This document shows positions 1 to 7,977 of a DNA stretch of 26,189 nt, piece by piece. Below the pieces are notes generated by a model. The model ran no database searches, was not told the DNA's origin, and saw nothing but the letters and a program-made list of their open reading frames with translations. The DNA lies in the NCBI GenBank assembly GCA_030624695.1, contig JAUXJP010000001.1:1-26189 (forward strand), read 5' to 3'. This DNA is from Candidatus Dadabacteria bacterium (GTDB lineage Bacteria; Desulfobacterota_D; UBA1144; Nemesobacterales; JAJCZQ01). How positions within the stretch are numbered: the first letter of the stretch is position 1; each line of letters opens with the position of its first letter. Position numbers and translations under genes: made by a program.

Positions 1-1663
1 TGCCCATCTGGGGTAGGGGTGTTGCTGAAGGAACAAGTATAGTGTCTCTCCATTCGGGTACTGGTAGTGCAATACCGATAACATGAGTCAGGAGAAAAGG
101 ATTTACATGAATATGAAACGGGTGGTCGGAAAAAGACCTGTCGTAGACAGTCCACTCCTCCATAGTACCGGCGATCATGTTATCAAATAGAGGTTCGTCA
201 CGATCAAACAGGCCTTCTTTCTGAAAATCGATTAAAGGCATTTCAATATCATCATTAGGTATCCCCGTATCATCTAAATCCCTCATCATAAGCAGGCTGT
301 TAAACTCGGTGCCTCCCCAATACTCAGGATCGTAAAGGTCAAAGTACCAGCCGCATGAAGGCAGCCGATCCTCTGGACTGGACTGAATTCCGCCTTTACC
401 GCAACCTTCAAATACAACATTTCTCTTTATATCAGGTTCGGTTGTCATAAGTGATGCAACACTAGGTAACCTGTCTGCTGCCGGAAGTGGTTCATCGGGG
501 ATGCCCATATCAACTACGGGGCCTTCAACAATGATTGTAGCAAGTGTCACAGGATATGTAACAGCCGGGAAATCAAGCCCGACTCTTGACTCCCTGCTAC
601 CGGGGTCCACCCCGGATATAGATACTGATCTCGGGGTCGAAGGATCGAGGGCTTGCAGGAGGTAAGTACCGGGTTCACCGGCCTTTATCAGGACATCCAC
701 CCTGTTCCCGGCCCCCATAACAACAGCTTCGCCTTCACCCAGTGTAGTAACTTCACTAAGAGTAAGGCCATCCAGAGCAATAATGTTAAGTTCATGTCCC
801 TCAAGAGCAACAGGAAGCGTTAGACCTGATGCCGCGTTTAACATACGCCATCTCTGGACTTCACCTGGTTTCATTCTTAATGTTGGATTTGTAAAACCAT
901 TATTAGTAATAAAAAATTTGCTGTCTTGGTATGTGGACCATAAGCCATCTGTTCCTGCACCCGCAGAACCTGACTGTATAGCAGTAAGGTTAACAAAAGG
1001 TACATTGCCGTCCTGGTCGGTGCGAATCGCCTGGAAACCCATTAATACTTCTTTTGCAGCCTTTACCTCGGGTACGAAATCAATTTCGTTTTCGCAGCCT
1101 TCGATAATAAGAAAGCCTGACATGCCCCCGAAAAACTGGAAGCTGACTGATCCATGTTTATGTGGATGGTACCAGAATGTACCGCATTCATGGTTTTCGG
1201 GAACATTTATCAAAACCTGGTTTTCAGTGCCTGGCTCCATTTTCCTGAAAACATTGTCCGACAAACCATCGGGACTTACTGTAAGACCATGGCTATGGAA
1301 ATTTGTAGTAAACCTGTCATGCGGGAATGCTCCCATTCTGGCCTGAGGCGGATTTTGAGGAAAATTGTTTATCAAGTTAAGGTCAATTGTATCACCCGGG
1401 TTTATTCTTAAAGTAGGGCCGATGAGAGTTCCTTCGTATGTTGGGGTTTTAAGGCTGTGTTTTATTCCGGCAGAGTCTATGATTTCACTATCAGCCAGAA
1501 ATATTTCAATTGTGGATTTTAAGGTTCCGTTTACTGATTTGCGGGATTCCGGTTGGGGAAAATCTACCTTATCATTATCATTTTCACATCCGGTTATAAA
1601 TATAAATGCAAATATAGAAAGAATTACGGTAAAATAGCTGTGTTTTATAATATTTTCTAACAT
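1..1663 (-). CDS. Three-domain multicopper oxidase (laccase/CueO-like), predicted lipoprotein; 3' end lies outside the window
   Basis: Manual translation of the minus strand from ATG at 1663 is open for 554 codons to the window edge. The N-terminus MLENIIKHSYFTVILSIFAFIFITG-C has a lipobox at Cys26. Copper motifs: TNFHSHG (H123/H125), FWYHPH (H166/H168), DHPFHIH (H514/H517/H519). Also YEG..GPTLR..PGD, RWRMLNAAS and WRDTILVP. A purine-rich AAGAGGGTGG lies upstream. The final HCHxxxH motif would lie left of base 1. Confidence 0.95.
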   Translation of the reverse strand, partial: MLENIIKHSYFTVILSIFAFIFITGCENDNDKVDFPQPESRKSVNGTLKSTIEIFLADSEIIDSAGIKHSLKTPTYEGTLIGPTLRINPGDTIDLNLINNFPQNPPQARMGAFPHDRFTTNFHSHGLTVSPDGLSDNVFRKMEPGTENQVLINVPENHECGTFWYHPHKHGSVSFQFFGGMSGFLIIEGCENEIDFVPEVKAAKEVLMGFQAIRTDQDGNVPFVNLTAIQSGSAGAGTDGLWSTYQDSKFFITNNGFTNPTLRMKPGEVQRWRMLNAASGLTLPVALEGHELNIIALDGLTLSEVTTLGEGEAVVMGAGNRVDVLIKAGEPGTYLLQALDPSTPRSVSISGVDPGSRESRVGLDFPAVTYPVTLATIIVEGPVVDMGIPDEPLPAADRLPSVASLMTTEPDIKRNVVFEGCGKGGIQSSPEDRLPSCGWYFDLYDPEYWGGTEFNSLLMMRDLDDTGIPNDDIEMPLIDFQKEGLFDRDEPLFDNMIAGTMEEWTVYDRSFSDHPFHIHVNPFLLTHVIGIALPVPEWRDTILVPSATPLPQMG

Positions 1664-1724
1664 TTATGTCCCACCCTCTTTAAGATATTAAAATTTTATC
1701 ATAACATATTTGAAATTACAGGTT

Positions 1725-1753
1725 TTTACAGTAAATTAAACAACCCTTATAAC
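1725..1753 (+). promoter_or_regulatory. Putative sigma70 promoter for tRNA-His/ychF
   Basis: TTTACA (1725-1730), 17-nt spacer, TATAAC (1748-1753), ending 12 nt before the tRNA 5' end. Confidence 0.6.
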
Positions 1754-1765
1754 TATGAGTTCAAT

Positions 1766-1844
1766 GGTGGGTGTAGCTCAGCCTGGATAGAGCACCTGGT
1801 TGTGGCCCAGGAGGTCGCCGGTTCAAGTCCGGTCATCCACCCCA
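1766..1844 (+). tRNA. tRNA-His (GTG)
   Basis: Cloverleaf with acceptor stem GTGGGTG/CATCCAC, anticodon stem CCTGG/CCAGG with loop TTGTGGC (GTG at 1802-1804), and T-arm GCCGG-TTCAAGT-CCGGT. It has G-1 (1766) opposite discriminator C (1841), the tRNA-His identity element, and encoded CCA at 1842-1844. Confidence 0.97.
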
Positions 1845-1874
1845 TAAAATTTCTAATTAACACAGGACACAATC

Positions 1875-2975
1875 ATGGGATTTAACAGTGGAATAGTAGG
1901 ATTGCCCAATGTTGGCAAATCAACACTTTTTAATGCACTTACTAATGCAGGTGCAGAAGCTGCGAATTTTCCATTTTGTACCATAGATCCAAACGTGGGG
2001 ATGGTTGCGGTCCCTGATGAGAGACTGGATAAACTCAGTTCTTTAGTTTCCCCGCAAAAGACAACGCCGGCTGTTATCGAAGTTGTAGACATTGCCGGGC
2101 TGGTCAAAGGAGCATCAGAAGGAAAGGGCAGGGGTAATGCATTCCTGTCACATATAAGAGAAGTAGACATGATACTTCATGTGGTAAGGTGTTTTGAGAA
2201 TGATGATATTATGCATGTTGAGGGTTCCATTGATGCTGTAAGGGACATCAACATAATTCAGGACGAACTTGTTCTAAGGGACCTTGAAGCAATAGAAAAA
2301 AAAGAGTCTAAACTCACTACACAGGCACGTAGTGGAGACAAGGAAATTGCCGCGGAATTAGAAGTCATAAAAAACCTGAGAGAATTTATTGAAACCGGAA
2401 ACAGTGTTAGAAACTTTTTGGTAGAAGACAAAAACGTTAATATTCTAAAAGAACTTTCCCTTTTAACTTCAAAACCTGTTCTATATGTATGTAATGTAAA
2501 CGAAGATCAAGTGCCGGAGGCTAAAGATAATCCCGAAGTTAAGAAAGTAAGGGATTATGCAGCCAAATTTAACGACAATGTAATAGTGGTATGTGCAAAA
2601 ATAGAATCTGAGATAGCAGAGCTTGATAAAGATGAAAGAGAACTGTTTCTTGAAGAACTTGGACTTGAAAAATCGGGACTGGATCAGTTAATACAGTCTG
2701 CTTATGCCAAACTTGGATTAATAACTTATTTCACTGCAGGGCCAAAGGAAGTAAGGGCATGGACAATAACAAGCGGTACAAAAGCCCCGCAGGCAGCTGG
2801 TAAGATACATACAGATTTTGAAAAAGGTTTTATACGCTCGGAGACCATTGGTTATAATGATTATATTGAATCAGGTACTGAACTTGCCGCGAAAGAAGCC
2901 GGTAAAATGAGGTCCGAAGGCAAGGACTATATAATGAACGATGGTGATGTGGTCCTTTTTAGATTTAATGTCTAA
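1875..2975 (+). CDS. ychF: Ribosome-binding ATPase YchF (Obg family)
   Basis: GIVGLPNVGKSTLFNALT, NFPFCTIDPN, DIAGLVKGASEGKGRGNAFL, and C-terminal TGS region GKIHTDFEKGFI ending FRFNV. Confidence 0.97.
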   Translation: MGFNSGIVGLPNVGKSTLFNALTNAGAEAANFPFCTIDPNVGMVAVPDERLDKLSSLVSPQKTTPAVIEVVDIAGLVKGASEGKGRGNAFLSHIREVDMILHVVRCFENDDIMHVEGSIDAVRDINIIQDELVLRDLEAIEKKESKLTTQARSGDKEIAAELEVIKNLREFIETGNSVRNFLVEDKNVNILKELSLLTSKPVLYVCNVNEDQVPEAKDNPEVKKVRDYAAKFNDNVIVVCAKIESEIAELDKDERELFLEELGLEKSGLDQLIQSAYAKLGLITYFTAGPKEVRAWTITSGTKAPQAAGKIHTDFEKGFIRSETIGYNDYIESGTELAAKEAGKMRSEGKDYIMNDGDVVLFRFNV

Positions 2976-3769
2976 CTTTTTGTATTGATTGGTTCAATGA
3001 GAATATTTCCTGTTTGTTCACTGCTATGAATATTTACATTCACAGAGAATGCGTCCTGAATAATTTCTTTTGTAAATACCTCTTCAGCTTTCCCAAACCC
3101 TTTAATTTCACCTTTATTAATTATTAATATTTTGTCACAGTACCTGGAAGCGGTATTAAGGTCATGAATGGCTGAGATTATGGTCTTCCCTTTTAATGTT
3201 AGTCCCTTTAGTATCTCCATTATCTGAATAGTATGAGATACATCAAGACTGGAAGTTGGTTCATCGAGAAAAATAAATTTAGTCTCCTGGGCAAGAGCCT
3301 TTGCAATGGTGACAAGCTGTTTTTCTCCCATTGAGAGCTGGTTGGCAAATCTTTCTGAAAAATCTTCTATCCCCGCCGCGGTCAGGGCTTCTTCAGCAAT
3401 TTTATAGTCTTCTTCATTTTCAAGATGAAATCTGCTCAAGTGGGGTATTCTTCCAAGCAGTACAGTTTCCAGCACTGTTGTTGGGAAGTCCAGGTTGTTT
3501 TCCTGGGGGACAAATGCAATTTTTTTGTATAACTCCTTTGGTGAATATTTATGAAGATTAAGGTCTTCTATATAGATCTCCCCGGAGTCAGGTTTTAGCA
3601 GTCCAAGGATTAATTTGATCAGAGTGGTTTTACCCGCGCCGTTCGGGCCGATTATGCCCACCAATTCACCCGGGGAAACAGAAAAAGTAATATTGCTAAT
3701 AATATTTCTGGAGTCCCTGGTAAACAAGAGGCCCTTTACTGTGATTGCAGAATTACTCATATAATCCAC
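2972..3769 (-). CDS. Iron-siderophore/heme/cobalamin ABC transporter ATP-binding subunit (FecE/BtuD-like)
   Basis: Walker A GPNGAGKTT, signature variant LSMGE, Walker B IFLDEPT, H-loop AIHDL. The start may instead be ATG at 3760. Confidence 0.92.
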   Translation of the reverse strand: MDYMSNSAITVKGLLFTRDSRNIISNITFSVSPGELVGIIGPNGAGKTTLIKLILGLLKPDSGEIYIEDLNLHKYSPKELYKKIAFVPQENNLDFPTTVLETVLLGRIPHLSRFHLENEEDYKIAEEALTAAGIEDFSERFANQLSMGEKQLVTIAKALAQETKFIFLDEPTSSLDVSHTIQIMEILKGLTLKGKTIISAIHDLNTASRYCDKILIINKGEIKGFGKAEEVFTKEIIQDAFSVNVNIHSSEQTGNILIEPINTKS

Positions 3770-4793
3770 TTATCTTAAACCTGTTTTTTCTCAAGAGGTA
3801 AATAAAAAATGGAACACCAATAAAAGAAGTAATAATACCCAGCCGGATTTCTTCGGGGCTTATGATTGTTCTGGCCAGCAGGTCAGCAAGTGCGAGAAAT
3901 GCACCCCCGGTGATAAAGCTCAACGGGAGAATTATTCTGTTGTCTGACCCAATTACAAGTCTCAAAATGTGAGGGATTATCAGTCCTACGAAGCCAATTA
4001 CACCGCTTACAGAAACGGAAGCACCAACAATGAGTGAGCTGAATAGGAATAACCAGATTTTTGTTTTCCCAACATCTATTCCCAGAGTGGAGGCTGTGTC
4101 CTCACTTATTAATAAAGCATTAAGGTCCCTTCCATAGAACATTAAAACTATGGAGCCCAATATAATCGGTGCCGCTGCAATTTTAACCTGGTGCCATCCG
4201 GTTGTATCCAGCCCGCCCATCAACCAGAATAATATTTCCCTGATTGACCAGACATCCGACATTATCAGAACAAGGGAGATTAGAGACACAAATAGTGATC
4301 CTATAGCGATACCTGTAAGCAGGAGTAAAGTGTTTGGGGTCTCGGATTTAATTGTGGCAACTTTGTAAATTATCAATGCAGTTAAAAGTGTTCCAAGGAA
4401 AGCGAGAAGAGGTAAGAAAAGAACAGATTTATGTGCCAATCCCGTGTAAATGACTATGACAGCAAAGAATGCTCCACCACTGGACCAACCAAGGATGCCA
4501 GGTTCTGCCATGGGGTTTTTAAATATTGACTGCATTACAGCACCGACTATTGAAAGGCCCCCTCCAACAAGTATTGCCAACATAACCCTGGGGAGCCTTA
4601 TGTTTAAAATAATTGTATTTATGTTTTGCCGGGTATCTGAAATACTATCACCAGTTAATAATGATTTAAATATTGAAAAAAGTTCTTTGACTGAAACATC
4701 CACTGTCCCAAGTGATATTGAAATCAGGAATGCCGCAATAAGGAATATGACGGAAATTGTAATACTAATTAGAAGTTTTTGTTTTATTCTCAT
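3753..4793 (-). CDS. FecCD/BtuC-family ABC transporter permease
   Basis: IRLPRV, MQSIFKNPMAEPGILG, A.TLGIDV, GVIGFVGLIIPH and ADLLARTI motifs, with multiple hydrophobic segments. Confidence 0.93.
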   Translation of the reverse strand: MRIKQKLLISITISVIFLIAAFLISISLGTVDVSVKELFSIFKSLLTGDSISDTRQNINTIILNIRLPRVMLAILVGGGLSIVGAVMQSIFKNPMAEPGILGWSSGGAFFAVIVIYTGLAHKSVLFLPLLAFLGTLLTALIIYKVATIKSETPNTLLLLTGIAIGSLFVSLISLVLIMSDVWSIREILFWLMGGLDTTGWHQVKIAAAPIILGSIVLMFYGRDLNALLISEDTASTLGIDVGKTKIWLFLFSSLIVGASVSVSGVIGFVGLIIPHILRLVIGSDNRIILPLSFITGGAFLALADLLARTIISPEEIRLGIITSFIGVPFFIYLLRKNRFKISGLYE

Positions 4794-5670
4794 CTAGCTT
4801 TTTATTGTAATTGTCGATGATTTCTGATAATTCCTGAATGCCTTTGATAATATGATGCGATACAGTTGTTAAATGGCTTGTTTCGATTGTATAAACATTG
4901 CTGTTTGTTATTGCTTTAAGTTGTCCTAAAACTTTATCTGACCTTAGTGTTTCTATAAAATTTTCTTCATCTGGAGAATAACTTCCAATTATTATTATTT
5001 CAGGGTCTGCGTTTAGAATATATTCCCGTGAAATTTTTTTATTTCCATCTATTCCCGCCTTTGCCCCAACATTTACTCCACCAGCCAAAGTTATAAGGTC
5101 ATCAATCGTGGTATTAATACCAGCTGTGAAAAATGATGGGAATAAATAGAGCACTGTAGGGTTATATGATAATTCTCTTTTCTTAAGTTCTTCAATACTT
5201 TTATTCAGACTGTTAATGAGTGAAGTAGCTTTATCTTCTTCACAGACTGCTTTGCCGAGTAATATAATATTTTGATTTATGCTGTCTATGGAATTTAATT
5301 TGGTAAGAAAATGTGTATTTATCCCAGTTTTTGTAATTTGGTCTATAAAAGCATAATCTATGTAGTCCGCAACTATTAGCAAGTCGGGATTTATATCAAT
5401 TATCTGCTCCAGGTTAGGGAGCAGTTTATGTGGTATACCCGATGTTCTTCCATGAATATTAGATAACTTTTTATTGTCTGCGAGGTAGGTAATGCCGATA
5501 ATTTTGTCGTTTTCTACAATATCAAGAAGTATTTCATCTGAAGCAAGGCTTAATGATGCAATCTTTTTCGGGCATACTGTTTTGACATTAGTTTTGTCAG
5601 CTGTATTCTCCTTGCAAGCGTTTGCAAACATGAGTGAAATTAATATCAGTAGTAATATTTTTACTTTCAT
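4765..5670 (-). CDS. Periplasmic substrate-binding lipoprotein (BtuF/FecB-like, Peripla_BP_2 type)
   Basis: Lipoprotein signal LILISLMFANA-C, IASLSLASDEIL, EQIIDINPDLLI, LITLAGG.N and ADPEIII. It overlaps the permease start in an operon. Substrate not determinable. Confidence 0.88.
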   Translation of the reverse strand: MKVKILLLILISLMFANACKENTADKTNVKTVCPKKIASLSLASDEILLDIVENDKIIGITYLADNKKLSNIHGRTSGIPHKLLPNLEQIIDINPDLLIVADYIDYAFIDQITKTGINTHFLTKLNSIDSINQNIILLGKAVCEEDKATSLINSLNKSIEELKKRELSYNPTVLYLFPSFFTAGINTTIDDLITLAGGVNVGAKAGIDGNKKISREYILNADPEIIIIGSYSPDEENFIETLRSDKVLGQLKAITNSNVYTIETSHLTTVSHHIIKGIQELSEIIDNYNKKLDENKTKTSN

Positions 5671-5725
5671 TTTGAATAAATATTTAACTTATGAAATCTT
5701 AATTCTGGTAAACTAATATACTTAA

Positions 5726-6802
5726 ATGTATAAATCAATAATACGACCGGTTCTTGATAAGCTTGATTCTGAAACGTGGCACAATATAGTCCGTGAGGGA
5801 ATGCATATAACCGAAACTTCGGTTGCTTCACTAAAACTGCTGGAATTTTTAGCCTGCAGCGGCAATAGGTTAGTTGATGAAAAATTAAATGTAAACCTTT
5901 CCGGTATCAAACTTGAAAATCCCTTGCTGATAGGTGCCGGATGGGATAAGTCCGGAAGGGCAGTAAAGGCGCTGTACTCCATAGGATTTGCAGGTGTCGA
6001 AATCGGATCTGTCTTGGAATACCCCCAGCCGGGCAATCCACAGCCAAGGCAGTTTATGCTGAATCCCGGTGTCTGCCTTAATTGGCTTGGATTTAATAGC
6101 CCCGGGATGAAGACTGTTGGCTACTATCTAAGCCGATATAAAAATTCAGAAATTCCACTTGGTATCAGCCTCGGAATTAATAAGTATATTGAACCAAAAG
6201 ATGCCCCCTTTGCGAACGCTGTTGTTGCAGAATACCTGGATGATGATGCCTCTTATTTTGCCATAAATGTAAGTTCTCCTAATACTCCCGGGCTAAGAAA
6301 ATTACAGGATAAGGATAACTTAATTGATATAGTTCAGGCTGTTTCTGAAGTTACTGAAAAACCAGTATTTGTAAAAATTGCACCAGACCTTACAAATCAG
6401 GCAGTTGATGATGTAATAAAAGTTGTCATTGATCATGGCCTGGCAGGAATAATTGCCACTAATTCGACAAACAACCCGAGTATCAAAGCAAAGTACGGGA
6501 ATGAATGGGAAAAACAGGATGGTGGTGTAAGCGGAGATGACGGCGATTTCAGAATGATATCCACCATAAAAATAGAACATATATATAAGCAGGTTGGAGA
6601 TAAGATTGATATAATCGGGGTCGGGGGGATAAAAGATACAGAGACTGCGCTTGAAAAGATAAGGGCTGGTGCAAAGGTACTGCAGATTGTTACGGGACTC
6701 AGGTGAGAAGGCCCTTCAATTGCCTATAAAATTAATTACGGTCTTGTGAAGTATATGATGGACGAGGGTGTTAATAATATTTCAGAACTGATAGGTTCCT
6801 AG
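5726..6802 (+). CDS. pyrD: Class 2 (quinone-dependent) dihydroorotate dehydrogenase with an in-frame TGA at 6704-6706; conserved C-terminus continues to TAG at 6800-6802
   Basis: ENPLLIGAGWDK, GFAGVEIGSV, QPGNPQPR, catalytic NVSSPNTPGLR, KIAPDL, GGVSG and IIGVGGI. The ORF track stops at 6706, but the same frame continues EGPSIAYKINYGLVKYMMDEGVNNISELIGS*. It may be a pseudogene, a sequencing error or read-through. Confidence 0.9.
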
Positions 6803-7977
6803 GTCCTGTATTCTGAATTGATTGTAACATATTCATGAGACAGGTCACTGGTAATTACATAGGAACTGGCGTTTCCTTCTTTTAGTTTAATTGTCACAGT
6901 AAATTTTGATTTTTTAAATACCGGTGCAAACTTGGACTCTGCCTGAAACTGGGCACCGCTCTTAATAACCCTTTTATCATCAAAAAACATCTCTACCTTG
7001 TCAGGATTAAACATAACCCCGGCCCTTCCGGCAGCGGCAAGTATACGGCCCCAGTTAGGGTCTTCGCCAAAAAATGCGGTTTTCACAAGCAGGGAATTTC
7101 CGACTGTCCTTGCAATTTTTTCAGCTTCTTTTACTGTCCTTGCACCCTGGACATCAATTTTGACAACTTTTGTGGCTCCTTCACCGTCCTTTACAATTAA
7201 TTCTGCAATTTCGGTATTAAGCTCAGTCAATATTTTCTCAAACCGTGAGTAGTGGCTGCTTTTTAAAGTTATTTCATTGTTGTCGAGTACACCATTTGAA
7301 AGCATAATGACGGAATCATTTGTAGAGGTGTCTCCGTCGACAATAATTTTATTAAATGAATTGTCAACAGAATTAACCAGTGCCTTCTTAAGTGTAGTCT
7401 TATTAATATTAATATCAGTAATTATAAAGCAGAGCATGGTTGCCATGTTTGGGCATATCATACCGGCGCCTTTTCCAATCGCAGCAATGGTTCCCTCTTT
7501 TTTCCCAATCTTTATTTTCCTGAAAGCAAATTTTGGAAACTTGTCAGTTGTCATTATTGCTTTAGCTACTTCTTCAACACCACCCGGGCCAAGTTTGGAT
7601 ATAAGGTTTGGAATAGCTCTTCTTATCCTGGATACAGGTAATGGGCCGCCTATTAATCCGGTGGATGATGGAATTATTAAATTTTCTTCTATACCAAGTG
7701 AAGCTGAAATATCTTTGGTTGTCTGAACTGCATTCTGATAACCACTTGTTCCTGTAAATGCATTAGCAATGCCGCTGTTAATAACAATAGCCTGGCATAA
7801 ACCCAGTTTGATTCGTTCCTGCCCAAGAATTACGGGTGCGGCTTTAACTACGTTGGTTGTATATACAGCAGCAGCTTTTGCAGGGACATCGGAAAATATC
7901 AGAGCGAGGTCTTTTTTCCCGTTTTTTTTCACTCCCGATGAAACACTGCTTAGCTGAAAACCTGGTATTGAGATCAT
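6799..7977 (-). CDS. argJ: Ornithine acetyltransferase / N-acetylglutamate synthase ArgJ
   Basis: AAAVYTTN, INSGIANAFTG, SSTGLIG, AIMTTD, KGAGMICPNMATML (autocleavage), DGDTSTND, KDGEGATK, GEDPNWGRI, and the end YVTINSEYRT. Confidence 0.97.
   Translation of the reverse strand: MISIPGFQLSSVSSGVKKNGKKDLALIFSDVPAKAAAVYTTNVVKAAPVILGQERIKLGLCQAIVINSGIANAFTGTSGYQNAVQTTKDISASLGIEENLIIPSSTGLIGGPLPVSRIRRAIPNLISKLGPGGVEEVAKAIMTTDKFPKFAFRKIKIGKKEGTIAAIGKGAGMICPNMATMLCFIITDININKTTLKKALVNSVDNSFNKIIVDGDTSTNDSVIMLSNGVLDNNEITLKSSHYSRFEKILTELNTEIAELIVKDGEGATKVVKIDVQGARTVKEAEKIARTVGNSLLVKTAFFGEDPNWGRILAAAGRAGVMFNPDKVEMFFDDKRVIKSGAQFQAESKFAPVFKKSKFTVTIKLKEGNASSYVITSDLSHEYVTINSEYRT

Noticed and set aside
783-1637. 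Plus-strand ORFs 783-1346, 1154-1411 and 1365-1637
   Set aside because: Antisense shadows of the multicopper oxidase; no motifs or RBS.
1-1844. Possible genomic island next to tRNA-His (the oxidase gene looks somewhat more GC-rich by eye)
   Set aside because: Islands usually integrate at the tRNA 3' end, where ychF follows after 30 nt. No integrase, att duplication or repeat is seen, and the GC difference was not quantified.
5677-5686. Perfect palindrome TAAATATTTA between the ABC operon and pyrD as an operator
   Set aside because: A 10-bp all-AT palindrome is expected by chance in AT-rich DNA and does not match a Fur box well.
6704-6760. Selenocysteine or genetic code 4/25 explanation for the pyrD UGA
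   Set aside because: UGA terminates recO, the HAD gene, nuoB and the 81-aa ORF. There is no convincing SECIS hairpin, and the position is not a known catalytic Cys. Kept only as an alternative in the finding.
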